Virus record (IMG/VR): IMGVR_UViG_3300042468_000945 | Span: 32,001-96,000 of that record | Source of the DNA: a virus | DNA length: 64,000 bases | Strand: one strand, 5' to 3' | Part shown: positions 45,608-54,037 of the stretch, in pieces | Layout of the letters: each line of letters starts with the position of its first letter | How positions within the stretch are numbered: the first letter of the stretch is position 1 | Translations under genes and position numbers: made by a program | The notes under the pieces: model-generated | Told to the model about the DNA's origin: nothing | Database searches by the model: none | Seen by the model: the letters and a program-made list of their open reading frames with translations, nothing else

Positions 45608-48600
45608 TTATTGTTGTAGTCGAGACCTAGTACGCTCTTTTTCTGCTTCTATCTCTGAAGATATATCAGAAAAAACGTTTAGGTTAATATTTATTACGTT
45701 TTTTTCGGTGGGAAATTGACTATAATTTACAATTATTTTACCAAATTCGCCAGATGAGGCTAATTTTCCGATTTCTCTCTCTATATTATTCCTTGATCTT
45801 CGGTTCATTCTTGGTACTTCTATATCTCTAGTGTACGCCTTTGCCTTTTCAAGCTTCTTTCTGCTCGGCCTTGCAATCTTAATTCCTTCCAATTCGCTTG
45901 CCCTTGTCTTAATATCCTCAAGGTCAACGTCTCTCTTCCAGCCTTGCCAATCTGCCCCAGGCAAAGCATGGTCTCTAAAGTATTCTTTTAGTGTTGGCTT
46001 ATCAGGAACATCATCAACATCTTTACCTAAGAACTTACCTAGAACCCTTTTTTGCGCTCTTGGAAGCAACCTATAAAATTCTTCTTTCTCCCTATCAGTT
46101 CCAGTAGTGACAATTGATTCAGCTATCTGTCTCTGTCTTTTAGGAATGGCATCTAAAGCTTCTTGTAAGGTACCTGACACAACATCAAACCCATACATAG
46201 TTCTCCGAGCTTTAAACTCAGCATCAGTAGCCAAAGAATTAAACTGAGACTCTTGCATGGTAGCAGATAGTTCGTCTACACCCTCTTTCTTCCTTGCCGC
46301 ATTAGATATGGATGCTTCTTTTATAAAGGTCAGAGTATCATAATACTCATCAAACTCAGCACGATCTTTATATCGTTTAGGTGTCCAAGTATCTCCACTT
46401 ACAGCCTCACCTATGTTCCTAATAATGGAAAGACTAGCCCCAACAACAGCAGCAACCTTTGCTACTTTCAACCTAGATTGTCTTGTTCGTGCAAAAATAG
46501 ACGCAGCAAGTGCTGACTGAATACCTGCTGTAATAGGGTCTTTACTTATGATTGAGTTAATTGTTGGTGTGACATAGTTATCTTTAATGTCTCTCAAAGA
46601 GTAGTCATCAGTACCATAAACTTCTCCTCTCTTAAACTGTTCAAGTCCTGTCCTCACGCGCAGATATTTATTTGACACCATATTATCGCTGTGTGTTATG
46701 TATTCTGTAATGGATGACATAAAACCAGTTCTACCTATGACCCGATTTGCTAGTGGGTTTCTAGATTTGTAATCACTATCAGCATAATCGGACTTAATTA
46801 ATTCTCTATTAACATCCTCAATGATTGCGTCTAATACAGTATGCTTCATTAATTCAGGATTGAATTGACCTTGAATTAATGTGAGGTTTGCCTTTTTACC
46901 AACACTCAGACCATACTTCTTATAAACATCTTCAGGATTTTGGTAAGTAAACGCTTGAGGGTCAAAATCAACTCCAGCCAGTTTGACAATACCTCGGTCT
47001 GTAATAATATTACCAGTATCTGTAAACCCTTCAATAGTTACTGCTTGAGTCTCTAATCTAACATTTCTCTTAGGGTACAAGTTATACATTTCTGATTTTC
47101 TTCTTGCAATTTCTTTTGCAATTTCAAATCTTCTTGCTTCCATACCACCAAACGCACCAGAATCTTCTGCTCTTTGTAAATATCTTCGATACTCACTTGA
47201 TTCTGGAGCCACTTTTGCTAAGACTTCAATTCTTTCAAGCAACCCATAAGTTTCATAGGGACTTACAACACCCTCTTCAATAAGATTTTTAACTCTGTTT
47301 CTTGCTCTTTCAACCTTCTCAAAAATCTCTTGCATACGATGTGGGTCGTATTCATAGCTTTTAATTCTGACTTCAGATGGGTTATCCCTATTAACGTGAG
47401 CAATATGTCCTACCTTTGTTTTTGTAAGGTACATGTAGTACATAAGTTGGTCTTCATATTTTGAGACATCCTCATTAATATTTTCAGTACCCCTAGTCTT
47501 AATTTCAACTACTTCTAACCCACTTTTACCTCTAACCAATGTTTCAATTGTTGCACTACCATTCACAGACTCATCATATGCGGCAATTTCTGCACCAACA
47601 AGAATACCTTGTTGATTCATTTGTTGCATGATAATTTTATGGGCGGCACTTCCGAACTCCATAATATTCTGGAGTTGTTCTGCTTGTTCTACACCAACAG
47701 GGTCAAGGAAAGACTTAACCATCTCATCCTCAGACAAACCAATAGAAGAACCTCTTATTTTTAATGGTCGTACAAATGGGTTTGCTCTTTCATAAGCATC
47801 ACCAGGCATTACAAGTTCTCCGTCTGAGACTCTGGCATATGGGTCCCCAGTCCGGAACTTGGAAGGCATCCATCCTGGCATTGAGTTAGGTAAGGGGTTA
47901 AATGCGTCTGGGTCTTGTCTTGGCTCGTCAATAAATCGTCTAAAGAATTCACCAAACATCCCAGTCCCTTTTTCACCAAACTTAGCTGAGTAAAGAAGTC
48001 TATTAGTAGAAAAAGCTTTATCAGGGTCTTGAATCTGGAAGGCATGCTCTTCTGGATAGAAAGGAAGTTGTCTTGCCACCCCACTATAAATACCCATAGG
48101 TGTAATAGTGTGGTGAACCATCTTTTCATACACTTCACTTAAAGCATTGTGGTGGTAATTTTCCTCTTCATAGTGTTTATTGTAACCATACTTGTAGACC
48201 CTATTATCACCATAAGACCCACCTTCTCCACCGCCGCCCCCGCCTGAACCGTGTCCACCACCTGAACCACCTCCGCCAGAGCCTTTACCTATTCCGAAAC
48301 CTCTAAAAATTCCACCTTCATCAGTAGAACCACCCACTCCTGCATTATCTAAAAAGTCTTCCACAGGTTCCTGACCTTTATAACTAGATAAAACTGCTTG
48401 TAGATAGTTACCCGAATTTTTTGATGCGTAACCTTCTTGACTCTTTTCTAAGTAGTCAAACATTTCTTCTTTGGAAGCGTATGGTCTGTCTTTAGCTGTT
48501 AAGTCTTGTTGCCAGTCTCTGTTAAACAACCTGAAAAGAGGTGCAAAAGGATTAGTAAGAGTTGGTAGGTAACTATAGTTCGGATTTGATAGTTGAACGT

Positions 48601-51600
48601 TATCTGCTTCAGTCCAGTGAGATTTCCATCTTCGATAAGCATTTGGTCTTGCAGATTCAACAGCACCACCGTATAATGGGTTTCTGTTACCAACACTAAA
48701 TAACCTACCTGTTCTTACAAACTCGTTACCATAAAGAATATCTTCTCTTGTCTCTTCTTCAGATAATGGATTTAGATAATTATCTAATCCAGGAACACCA
48801 TATACTAAATTTTTAAGTGGATCTGTTAGACCAAAATTATCTCTAAGTCTTGCACTATTTATTCTTGTATTCGCATATATGTTTGCACTGTAATCATCAA
48901 TACCTTCAAGATCTTTTTCGTGCATATCTGCATTAAAGTTTCTATAAAGCTCACCTGCAACTATAACAGGTAAAATCCTTTTTGCGTATAAAGCAGCGTG
49001 TGTTTTTGCAAAGGTAGTCGTGTCTCTTGAGGCAAGTCCTAAACCAGCATCTTCTAAAACCTTAACCGCACCATGAGATAAAGCAGTAAAAGCTGTACCA
49101 AAATAGCCCTGAGCTTCACTATTATATACCAAGCCTTTTCCAGCACTCAACATACCAAAACCTCTTTTAGCTTGTTCTGCCATCATCTGAAGCATGCTTT
49201 CTTTACTTCCAGTTAACATGGAACCAAGAGAAGGAAAATTAGATGGTAATACAGTATACCTGGAGAATACCTCTTCAGGGACTGTTGGTGGTTCTACTCC
49301 ACGTTGAAAAATATTTTTATCGTAATAATCAAAAACCCCTAGGTTATTTGCTAGTTGTTGAGTTGCATTAACAGCCCTATCCTCAGTTTGGGTATAAGCT
49401 GAGAGTAGTAGTGAATCACTCCTATGTTTTTCTAAGCTAATTAACCTAGCTATGGGGTCTTCAATTAAACTATCTATACCTTGTTTTGATGCTAAACCAC
49501 TTGCAATTGACCTTCCAACAGATGGAATATATTCCTCTGCCGCAGTATTAGAAAAAGCTGTGTCAGCAAGATTAGCAAGATTTTGTACTCCAGCACCCAA
49601 ATAACTTTCAAAAAACTTAACAGACTCTGGATTTGCTGAGAGGGGGTCTCTAATGTCTCTTAAAAGTCCTTCTAATGTAGTAAAACCAGTCTTGGAACCT
49701 GCAAGTGCATCTTCAATTTCTTTTACACCTATGTTAACGCTTGCTTCTTCAACTAGTCCTCTTTGTATGTTCTTTTGTAGATATGATAAACTATTTTCAC
49801 CTAATAAAGTATCCTCAACCTTTTCTTTGAAACCACCTTTTGTGGCTTTTGAAACGTCTCCAAGTCTCTCACTATCAGAAACATAGTCTGCCAGAGCTTT
49901 AGATAGTGTGGCACCATACTGGGAGTTAGTCCTTGATTCTAAATCTGACCCCCTTAAAAAAGCACCAAGCTTATCAGTATCACCTGCAACTTCAGCTAAT
50001 TGAACTAAGAAGTCGTCACCATCAAATACTTTTGCTTTGCTTATTGCAGCAATTGCAGTATTAAGATCATTGTAAGAATCTGGCGTAACAGTAGCACCTA
50101 ATCTTCTTTGCAAGTCTTGAGCAATAGCCGTAGGGATTTTACCCTCATTTTCTTTTAAGAAACCTGCAACAAGTTTTGGGTGAAGTTGATCAGAAGTGAC
50201 ATTACTAGGATCACCACCAAAAAACCTAGTTATTATGTCTGACCCTACACCACCTAAGTTTCTAGGTTTGGCTTTTAGTTTTCCATCTTCTACAAGTAAA
50301 GTAAAGAGTTCAGGTTGAGCATTATAAGCTGCTCTCTCTACTTTAGTCATATTCTTAGACTCTCTTTGGAAGAAGAAATTAGCTGCACCTTTTATGTTGC
50401 CTTTTTCATCCATGTCTGAAAGAAGGTCTTTAAATAAATTATCATCAACAATGTCTGATCTTGCCCTAGACATGTTTTGCAGAATCTCGCTTCTTTCATT
50501 GTCTAAGTAAGTGAATCTTCTTGCATCGCCTAGATTAAGTTTTTCTAAAACAAATGAATCAGTTTCTTTTAAGTGGTTAACTTTAATAATATCGCTACCA
50601 ATGCCAATACCAAAATCATTTTCACCAAAAGAACCACCCATTCTTTTTAGTTCACCAAGTTTGTTTAAGAATCCAAGATTCTTAATAGGTGTATTATCTG
50701 GCTCTAAAAACTTACCAATGGTTGTAGGAATATTAAAAGTAAAAGGCAGTAATGGAATTTGTCCACCTTTTCTAACAGAACTTGCAACCTTTCTTCTCAT
50801 ATTTCTTGCATGAGATAGTGAGACTACTTGACCATCTCCACTCATTGCAAGACCAGTAAAAGTATTATCTACTAATGTGTTTACATCATTTATAATATTA
50901 GCTGGGACGTTAGGTATTAACGTATCATCTTTACCTTTAGAGTATAAAAGCTCCTCTAAACCTTTTCTTGCTCTGGCTGATACAATATCAACGGTATCGT
51001 CGCTACCTACATTTTTAAGGTACGTTTCAACTGCTGCTTTGTGAGTACCTTCTACATCTTTTAAGGTTAGAAGTTTGTGTGATTTCGTTAAACCTAAAAG
51101 GTCTAGGGTTTTAGTCTCAACAGATTGAGTTTCGTTTAGGTGTCGTTTAATTGAATCAAATAACACATCAGCATTTTTTGCTCCATTAACTCCCTGAAAT
51201 ATTGTACTGGTTCTAATGTCTGGAGTCTCTTTGATAGCCTTCTTCATAGACTCTTGAACCATTTTTCTTTGTTTTTCTAGTATTTCTTCCTGTCCAGTAA
51301 CGCCCCTAACTGTCTTAAATTGAATTCCAGGAGTGGCTTCTTGGAATCTTTTCATGTGGGTATCTTGTAAAAGACCGTCAGCAATCTTAGAATAATTACC
51401 ATCCATAAAGGAATCAAAAACTTCAGCTACTGCATGTTTCTGAGTATCAAAAGCTTCACGACTTGAATCCTCTACGTTTTCCCTCATAGCATTAAGGAAG
51501 GTAGTTCTCCTCTCAGCTTTTAAAGCACTACTTAAAAAAGACCTTCTAATTCTTGGTACACTATCAGCCATGAAGTTAAAAGAGTCTGAGAAGAGTATTT

Positions 51601-51796
51601 TACTGTCTTGAACACCAGCTATTGCCCCAATATATTTTCTTAGAGTGGTTCCTTGACCAGCTAATTGAGACGCAACACTTTTACTAATATAAGGAACAGA
51701 ACCAAGAGCGACAGCAGCCACACCTGCAAACTTTGCAAATGCTGAAACTTTATCAATAAAAGTTTCTTTCTCTTTGTGAAAATCTGATCCTATCAT
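45608..51796 (-). CDS. Tape-measure-like giant tail protein with PD-(D/E)XK nuclease-like and SNase-like domains
   Basis: 2062 aa, largely helical with hydrophobic patches, directly after the tube and chaperone genes. FGSAAH..E..TIET..VEIKT..QLMYY at about 47290-47662. IVKLAGVD...VNRELIKSDYA at about 46770-47050. Confidence 0.65.
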   Translation of the reverse strand: MIGSDFHKEKETFIDKVSAFAKFAGVAAVALGSVPYISKSVASQLAGQGTTLRKYIGAIAGVQDSKILFSDSFNFMADSVPRIRRSFLSSALKAERRTTFLNAMRENVEDSSREAFDTQKHAVAEVFDSFMDGNYSKIADGLLQDTHMKRFQEATPGIQFKTVRGVTGQEEILEKQRKMVQESMKKAIKETPDIRTSTIFQGVNGAKNADVLFDSIKRHLNETQSVETKTLDLLGLTKSHKLLTLKDVEGTHKAAVETYLKNVGSDDTVDIVSARARKGLEELLYSKGKDDTLIPNVPANIINDVNTLVDNTFTGLAMSGDGQVVSLSHARNMRRKVASSVRKGGQIPLLPFTFNIPTTIGKFLEPDNTPIKNLGFLNKLGELKRMGGSFGENDFGIGIGSDIIKVNHLKETDSFVLEKLNLGDARRFTYLDNERSEILQNMSRARSDIVDDNLFKDLLSDMDEKGNIKGAANFFFQRESKNMTKVERAAYNAQPELFTLLVEDGKLKAKPRNLGGVGSDIITRFFGGDPSNVTSDQLHPKLVAGFLKENEGKIPTAIAQDLQRRLGATVTPDSYNDLNTAIAAISKAKVFDGDDFLVQLAEVAGDTDKLGAFLRGSDLESRTNSQYGATLSKALADYVSDSERLGDVSKATKGGFKEKVEDTLLGENSLSYLQKNIQRGLVEEASVNIGVKEIEDALAGSKTGFTTLEGLLRDIRDPLSANPESVKFFESYLGAGVQNLANLADTAFSNTAAEEYIPSVGRSIASGLASKQGIDSLIEDPIARLISLEKHRSDSLLLSAYTQTEDRAVNATQQLANNLGVFDYYDKNIFQRGVEPPTVPEEVFSRYTVLPSNFPSLGSMLTGSKESMLQMMAEQAKRGFGMLSAGKGLVYNSEAQGYFGTAFTALSHGAVKVLEDAGLGLASRDTTTFAKTHAALYAKRILPVIVAGELYRNFNADMHEKDLEGIDDYSANIYANTRINSARLRDNFGLTDPLKNLVYGVPGLDNYLNPLSEEETREDILYGNEFVRTGRLFSVGNRNPLYGGAVESARPNAYRRWKSHWTEADNVQLSNPNYSYLPTLTNPFAPLFRLFNRDWQQDLTAKDRPYASKEEMFDYLEKSQEGYASKNSGNYLQAVLSSYKGQEPVEDFLDNAGVGGSTDEGGIFRGFGIGKGSGGGGSGGGHGSGGGGGGEGGSYGDNRVYKYGYNKHYEEENYHHNALSEVYEKMVHHTITPMGIYSGVARQLPFYPEEHAFQIQDPDKAFSTNRLLYSAKFGEKGTGMFGEFFRRFIDEPRQDPDAFNPLPNSMPGWMPSKFRTGDPYARVSDGELVMPGDAYERANPFVRPLKIRGSSIGLSEDEMVKSFLDPVGVEQAEQLQNIMEFGSAAHKIIMQQMNQQGILVGAEIAAYDESVNGSATIETLVRGKSGLEVVEIKTRGTENINEDVSKYEDQLMYYMYLTKTKVGHIAHVNRDNPSEVRIKSYEYDPHRMQEIFEKVERARNRVKNLIEEGVVSPYETYGLLERIEVLAKVAPESSEYRRYLQRAEDSGAFGGMEARRFEIAKEIARRKSEMYNLYPKRNVRLETQAVTIEGFTDTGNIITDRGIVKLAGVDFDPQAFTYQNPEDVYKKYGLSVGKKANLTLIQGQFNPELMKHTVLDAIIEDVNRELIKSDYADSDYKSRNPLANRVIGRTGFMSSITEYITHSDNMVSNKYLRVRTGLEQFKRGEVYGTDDYSLRDIKDNYVTPTINSIISKDPITAGIQSALAASIFARTRQSRLKVAKVAAVVGASLSIIRNIGEAVSGDTWTPKRYKDRAEFDEYYDTLTFIKEASISNAARKKEGVDELSATMQESQFNSLATDAEFKARRTMYGFDVVSGTLQEALDAIPKRQRQIAESIVTTGTDREKEEFYRLLPRAQKRVLGKFLGKDVDDVPDKPTLKEYFRDHALPGADWQGWKRDVDLEDIKTRASELEGIKIARPSRKKLEKAKAYTRDIEVPRMNRRSRNNIEREIGKLASSGEFGKIIVNYSQFPTEKNVININLNVFSDISSEIEAEKERTRSRLQQ

Positions 51797-52482
51797 TATT
51801 TCTTATACTGGAAACTCCCACCATGCTTCATAAATGCTTCTGGGTGGGCTTCATTTTTTATTTTATTTTCTGTGTTTTGAACAGCCGCACTTAATTCAGT
51901 ATTCTCTTCTACCCTAATAAAACTTTCTTCCACAGTCTTACCAGTCATGTTTTCAAACACAATCTTACCTAATAGAAGGCACTTCATTCTATCAGTTGGG
52001 TCACAATTTCTTAAATATGTTGGTGTTATACCTGACAAAACTGAAATTGCAGCTGCTTCGTATAATCCGTCTTCATGTGTTAACCAGTTAGATGTCTCTG
52101 TTATTATGTATCTTTCTGGGTCGCTACCTGATCTTAAATGAATTAATTCTAGTAATCTAAGACACGTACCTTGTAATTCATTTGAACTGTAATCTGCAAC
52201 ACAACTTGAAAGAATATATTCTTCTGCTTCGTATTGTGTTGCTTTACTGGCTACAGCTAATTGCTCCCCCTGTGTTAATCCCCTAAAAACGTATTTTTTA
52301 GGTTGCATGTCTGGTCCTTTCAAGGTAACATCAAACCACCTAAAATTCCTATCTAGTTCGGATGTTTGCTTATTTAAACATAATTGTAGTAATGTCTTAA
52401 TACTTTCTAACAGTTTCAATAGTGCTTTCAATTTAATATCCAAATATGGTTTTATAATAAAAAGGGTTGCAGTAATTTGCAA
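51796..52482 (-). CDS. Tail assembly chaperone-like protein (gpT/GT-like); true start uncertain, downstream of 52459
   Basis: YVFRGLT...ILSSCV...GTC.RL..LI..RSG matches the repeat unit of the upstream chaperone. The track TTG start lies inside a terminator hairpin. First in-frame ATG is at 52308. Confidence 0.55.
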   Translation of the reverse strand: MQITATLFIIKPYLDIKLKALLKLLESIKTLLQLCLNKQTSELDRNFRWFDVTLKGPDMQPKKYVFRGLTQGEQLAVASKATQYEAEEYILSSCVADYSSNELQGTCLRLLELIHLRSGSDPERYIITETSNWLTHEDGLYEAAAISVLSGITPTYLRNCDPTDRMKCLLLGKIVFENMTGKTVEESFIRVEENTELSAAVQNTENKIKNEAHPEAFMKHGGSFQYKK

Positions 52483-52485
52483 CCC
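52459..52485 (-). terminator. Intrinsic terminator
   Basis: Minus strand GGGTTGCA-AATTAC-TGCAACCC followed by TTTTT, 26 nt after the stop at 52512. Confidence 0.75.
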
Positions 52486-52511
52486 ACATTACTTACTGTA
52501 AGTTGTAAGAA

Positions 52512-53198
52512 TTAAAGTTCTGTGCAGATACCTTCAGCATCCCAACCTGAAATATCAGATACACAAGAGTGGAGAGTTTGAATCCATCCAGCAGGAAGGT
52601 CAGCCCAAGGTACTTCATCAGGCCACATAGTCACCGCTTTTGTAATTGCCAATTGGTCGTCAATAGCTTGTGCAGATACTTGAACGTCTGTTCTTGTCAT
52701 TGGTCTAACAACAAATACACATGTTTCTACAATAATCTTGAAGAGTGGGAATGACGTTGTTTTTCTTAACTCAGTTATCTGTTCATCAGTGATATCACCC
52801 CAATAATGGTATGGTTGAATCATTTGGGTTCTGGTTGATGGAGCTAGGATTCTATCATTAATATCAACGTCAAGGAAACCTGATTTTTCTTGAATGACTT
52901 TAGTACAAGAAGGAATAACCCCAATAGGTAAACCAAACTTTTCTTCAATGGTTAATTTTGGCCACAATACACACCTATCAAAGAGTGCTTGGTTAATCTC
53001 ATCTACAAATGTAGTAATACGATTCTTCTTACAATTCTCCAACAATTCAAGAATAAAGTGATAGGTTTCCCTGTCAACAACCTTGAAAATCATCTCGTCA
53101 CCAGTACCTGCCCACGCCCATTTAAGTAGTGGAACACCAGGATTTGAAAGTTTCAATTCTTTTATTGTTTGTTCGTCTGCTTTACCTTTACCTAACAT
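52512..53198 (-). CDS. Tail assembly chaperone-like protein (gpG-like) with internal tandem duplication
   Basis: Repeat 1 IFKVVDR...CVLWP...LPIGVI...IQEKSGF. Repeat 2 VVRPMTR...VTMWP...LPAGWI...VSDISGW. Located between the tube and tape-measure genes. Confidence 0.6.
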   Translation of the reverse strand: MLGKGKADEQTIKELKLSNPGVPLLKWAWAGTGDEMIFKVVDRETYHFILELLENCKKNRITTFVDEINQALFDRCVLWPKLTIEEKFGLPIGVIPSCTKVIQEKSGFLDVDINDRILAPSTRTQMIQPYHYWGDITDEQITELRKTTSFPLFKIIVETCVFVVRPMTRTDVQVSAQAIDDQLAITKAVTMWPDEVPWADLPAGWIQTLHSCVSDISGWDAEGICTEL

Positions 53199-53201
53199 AT
53201 T

Positions 53202-54035
53202 TTATCCTATAAATAAATCTTCTAATTTAATAATCTGAATGTTTTTAGCTTGGAAAGTATAAGTTTCCATCAATGCTCTACCATCATCTGAAATTACTTT
53301 ACTAATTCCACCAAGACTAACACCTACAAGTTTTAATCCGCTTGCAATTTTAGTGTCTGCTTTTGGGTCGTTAGTTGTAGTTGCATCACTTACTAGTGTA
53401 TCACTACCTGTAAATCTTAATACTTGTTCACTTTTTATTTGTGAACCATAAATAATATTTAAATCAAAACCACCTAAAGTTGTCTCTAACATACCTGAAT
53501 TGTTGGATATGTTTGCTTGACTGTTAGGGGTAGATGTTTGTAATTCCCTATCATTAACTGTTTTAATAATGTCTGAGAGGAGTTTGCCTTTATATTTACC
53601 TGCTTTAATGTCTGCTTTAATTGTATCATCATAATTAAAAGCACCATATTCAGTCAATACAGCAGGAATGGGGGAATTAACCTCACTATCTCTTGATGCA
53701 GGTAACCAATTATCCTCTTTCTTTAAGGCATCAAGTAAAGAAAAAAGATAACCATCTCTCTTAAAGTTAAGGGTTAACTCACCAGCAACTATTCTTTGTC
53801 CGTGAATAATTCTATTTGCTACATGACTTGCATAATTATACAGTGGTCTTATTGGTTCTAGAATTTGATATGAGACTTGTACAGCTTCTTCTAGCCTAAT
53901 ATTATTAGCATAAACGTTTACATCTAAACCAGACCAGTAAGTAGAATTATAACTATCAACGACTCTCCACCTTTCTTCACTGTTGTAAGATAATCCACCC
54001 CTCACATTCAATGAGTCTCTATTGGTTTCTTCCAT
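53202..54035 (-). CDS. Tail-tube paralog (baseplate-proximal tube initiator, gp48/gp54-like)
   Basis: YWSGLDVNVYAN...VSYQILEPIRPLYNY...HGQRIVAGELTLNF...FDLNIIYG...ETYTFQAKNI is collinear with the tube protein at 55751. Confidence 0.65.
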   Translation of the reverse strand: MEETNRDSLNVRGGLSYNSEERWRVVDSYNSTYWSGLDVNVYANNIRLEEAVQVSYQILEPIRPLYNYASHVANRIIHGQRIVAGELTLNFKRDGYLFSLLDALKKEDNWLPASRDSEVNSPIPAVLTEYGAFNYDDTIKADIKAGKYKGKLLSDIIKTVNDRELQTSTPNSQANISNNSGMLETTLGGFDLNIIYGSQIKSEQVLRFTGSDTLVSDATTTNDPKADTKIASGLKLVGVSLGGISKVISDDGRALMETYTFQAKNIQIIKLEDLFIG

Positions 54036-54037
54036 GT

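Noticed and set aside
48225-48290. GC-rich GGN runs here and at 54351-54389 as repeats or a foreign insertion
   Set aside because: They simply encode in-frame poly-Gly linkers with mixed codons.
52483-52520. Classical -1 frameshift fusing the two chaperone ORFs
   Set aside because: The downstream frame has a TAA at 52489-52491, below the upstream stop (52512-52514), so the open frames do not overlap. A terminator also intervenes.
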